NCBI GenBank assembly: GCA_964016885.1 | Contig: OZ024742.1 | Coordinates: 272,738,001 to 272,802,000 of the forward strand | Direction: 5' to 3' | Length of the DNA: 64,000 bases | DNA from: Eledone cirrhosa | Taxonomy: Eukaryota | Shown here: one piece after another, positions 63,696 through 64,000 of the stretch | Layout of the letters: each line of letters starts with the position of its first letter | Numbering within the stretch: position 1 is the stretch's first letter | Position numbers and translations under genes: made by a program | Notes under the pieces: generated by a model | What the model saw: the letters and a program-made list of their open reading frames with translations, nothing else | Told to the model about the DNA's origin: nothing | The model's database searches: none

Positions 63696-64000
63696 TATAT
63701 ATATGTATATACTCGGTGGGTCTACGTACCAGCCTGGTTAGAACATTCTTTAGAGTACTGGATAAATGTTTCCCTGGGTCCGAAAAGTACCACAAAATAT
63801 TCAACAGGCACACTGTGAAACTTTCCTACTCAACTACACGCTCCGTAGCCCAGCACATAGCCGGCATAAATAGGAATAAGCTCACTGCTTCTAATACCAT
63901 CGTAAATCCCGGAGCCACCCAACCAAACCAGCACGCGGGACGCACCAGACCCCGGACAGACCCAACTAGCACACCGGAACCCAACGACCACGCGGTACAT

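Overview
AT-rich animal DNA saturated with microsatellites and transposons. The repeat content (tRNA-derived SINE, Tx1 and Dong LINEs, Penelope, Helitron, (TA)n/(CA)n) resembles a mollusc, probably a cephalopod; that assignment is inference. No host gene exon could be supported. The window is a nested transposon graveyard: about seven decayed Tx1/L1-clade LINE copies or fragments bordered by (AAT)n or (TCTA)n tracts, one R4/Dong-clade LINE, an RTE 3' fragment with three C2H2-type fingers, several Penelope-like (PLE) fragments, a decayed autonomous Helitron, and a FLYWCH-MULE (Phantom-like) transposon with a 9-bp TSD. The most notable signal is non-coding: type I hammerhead ribozyme (HHR) motifs, read by eye, in at least four unrelated repeat families. 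The best case is a near-identical 460-bp tandem array at 60.3-62.9 kb (five direct HHR units plus one inverted). It looks like a young non-LTR retrozyme, with an unusual U.U apposition at the base of stem II and a palindromic stem III suited to dimer formation. Element boundaries are approximate unless a TSD or terminal motif is quoted, and no ribozyme activity can be confirmed from sequence alone.
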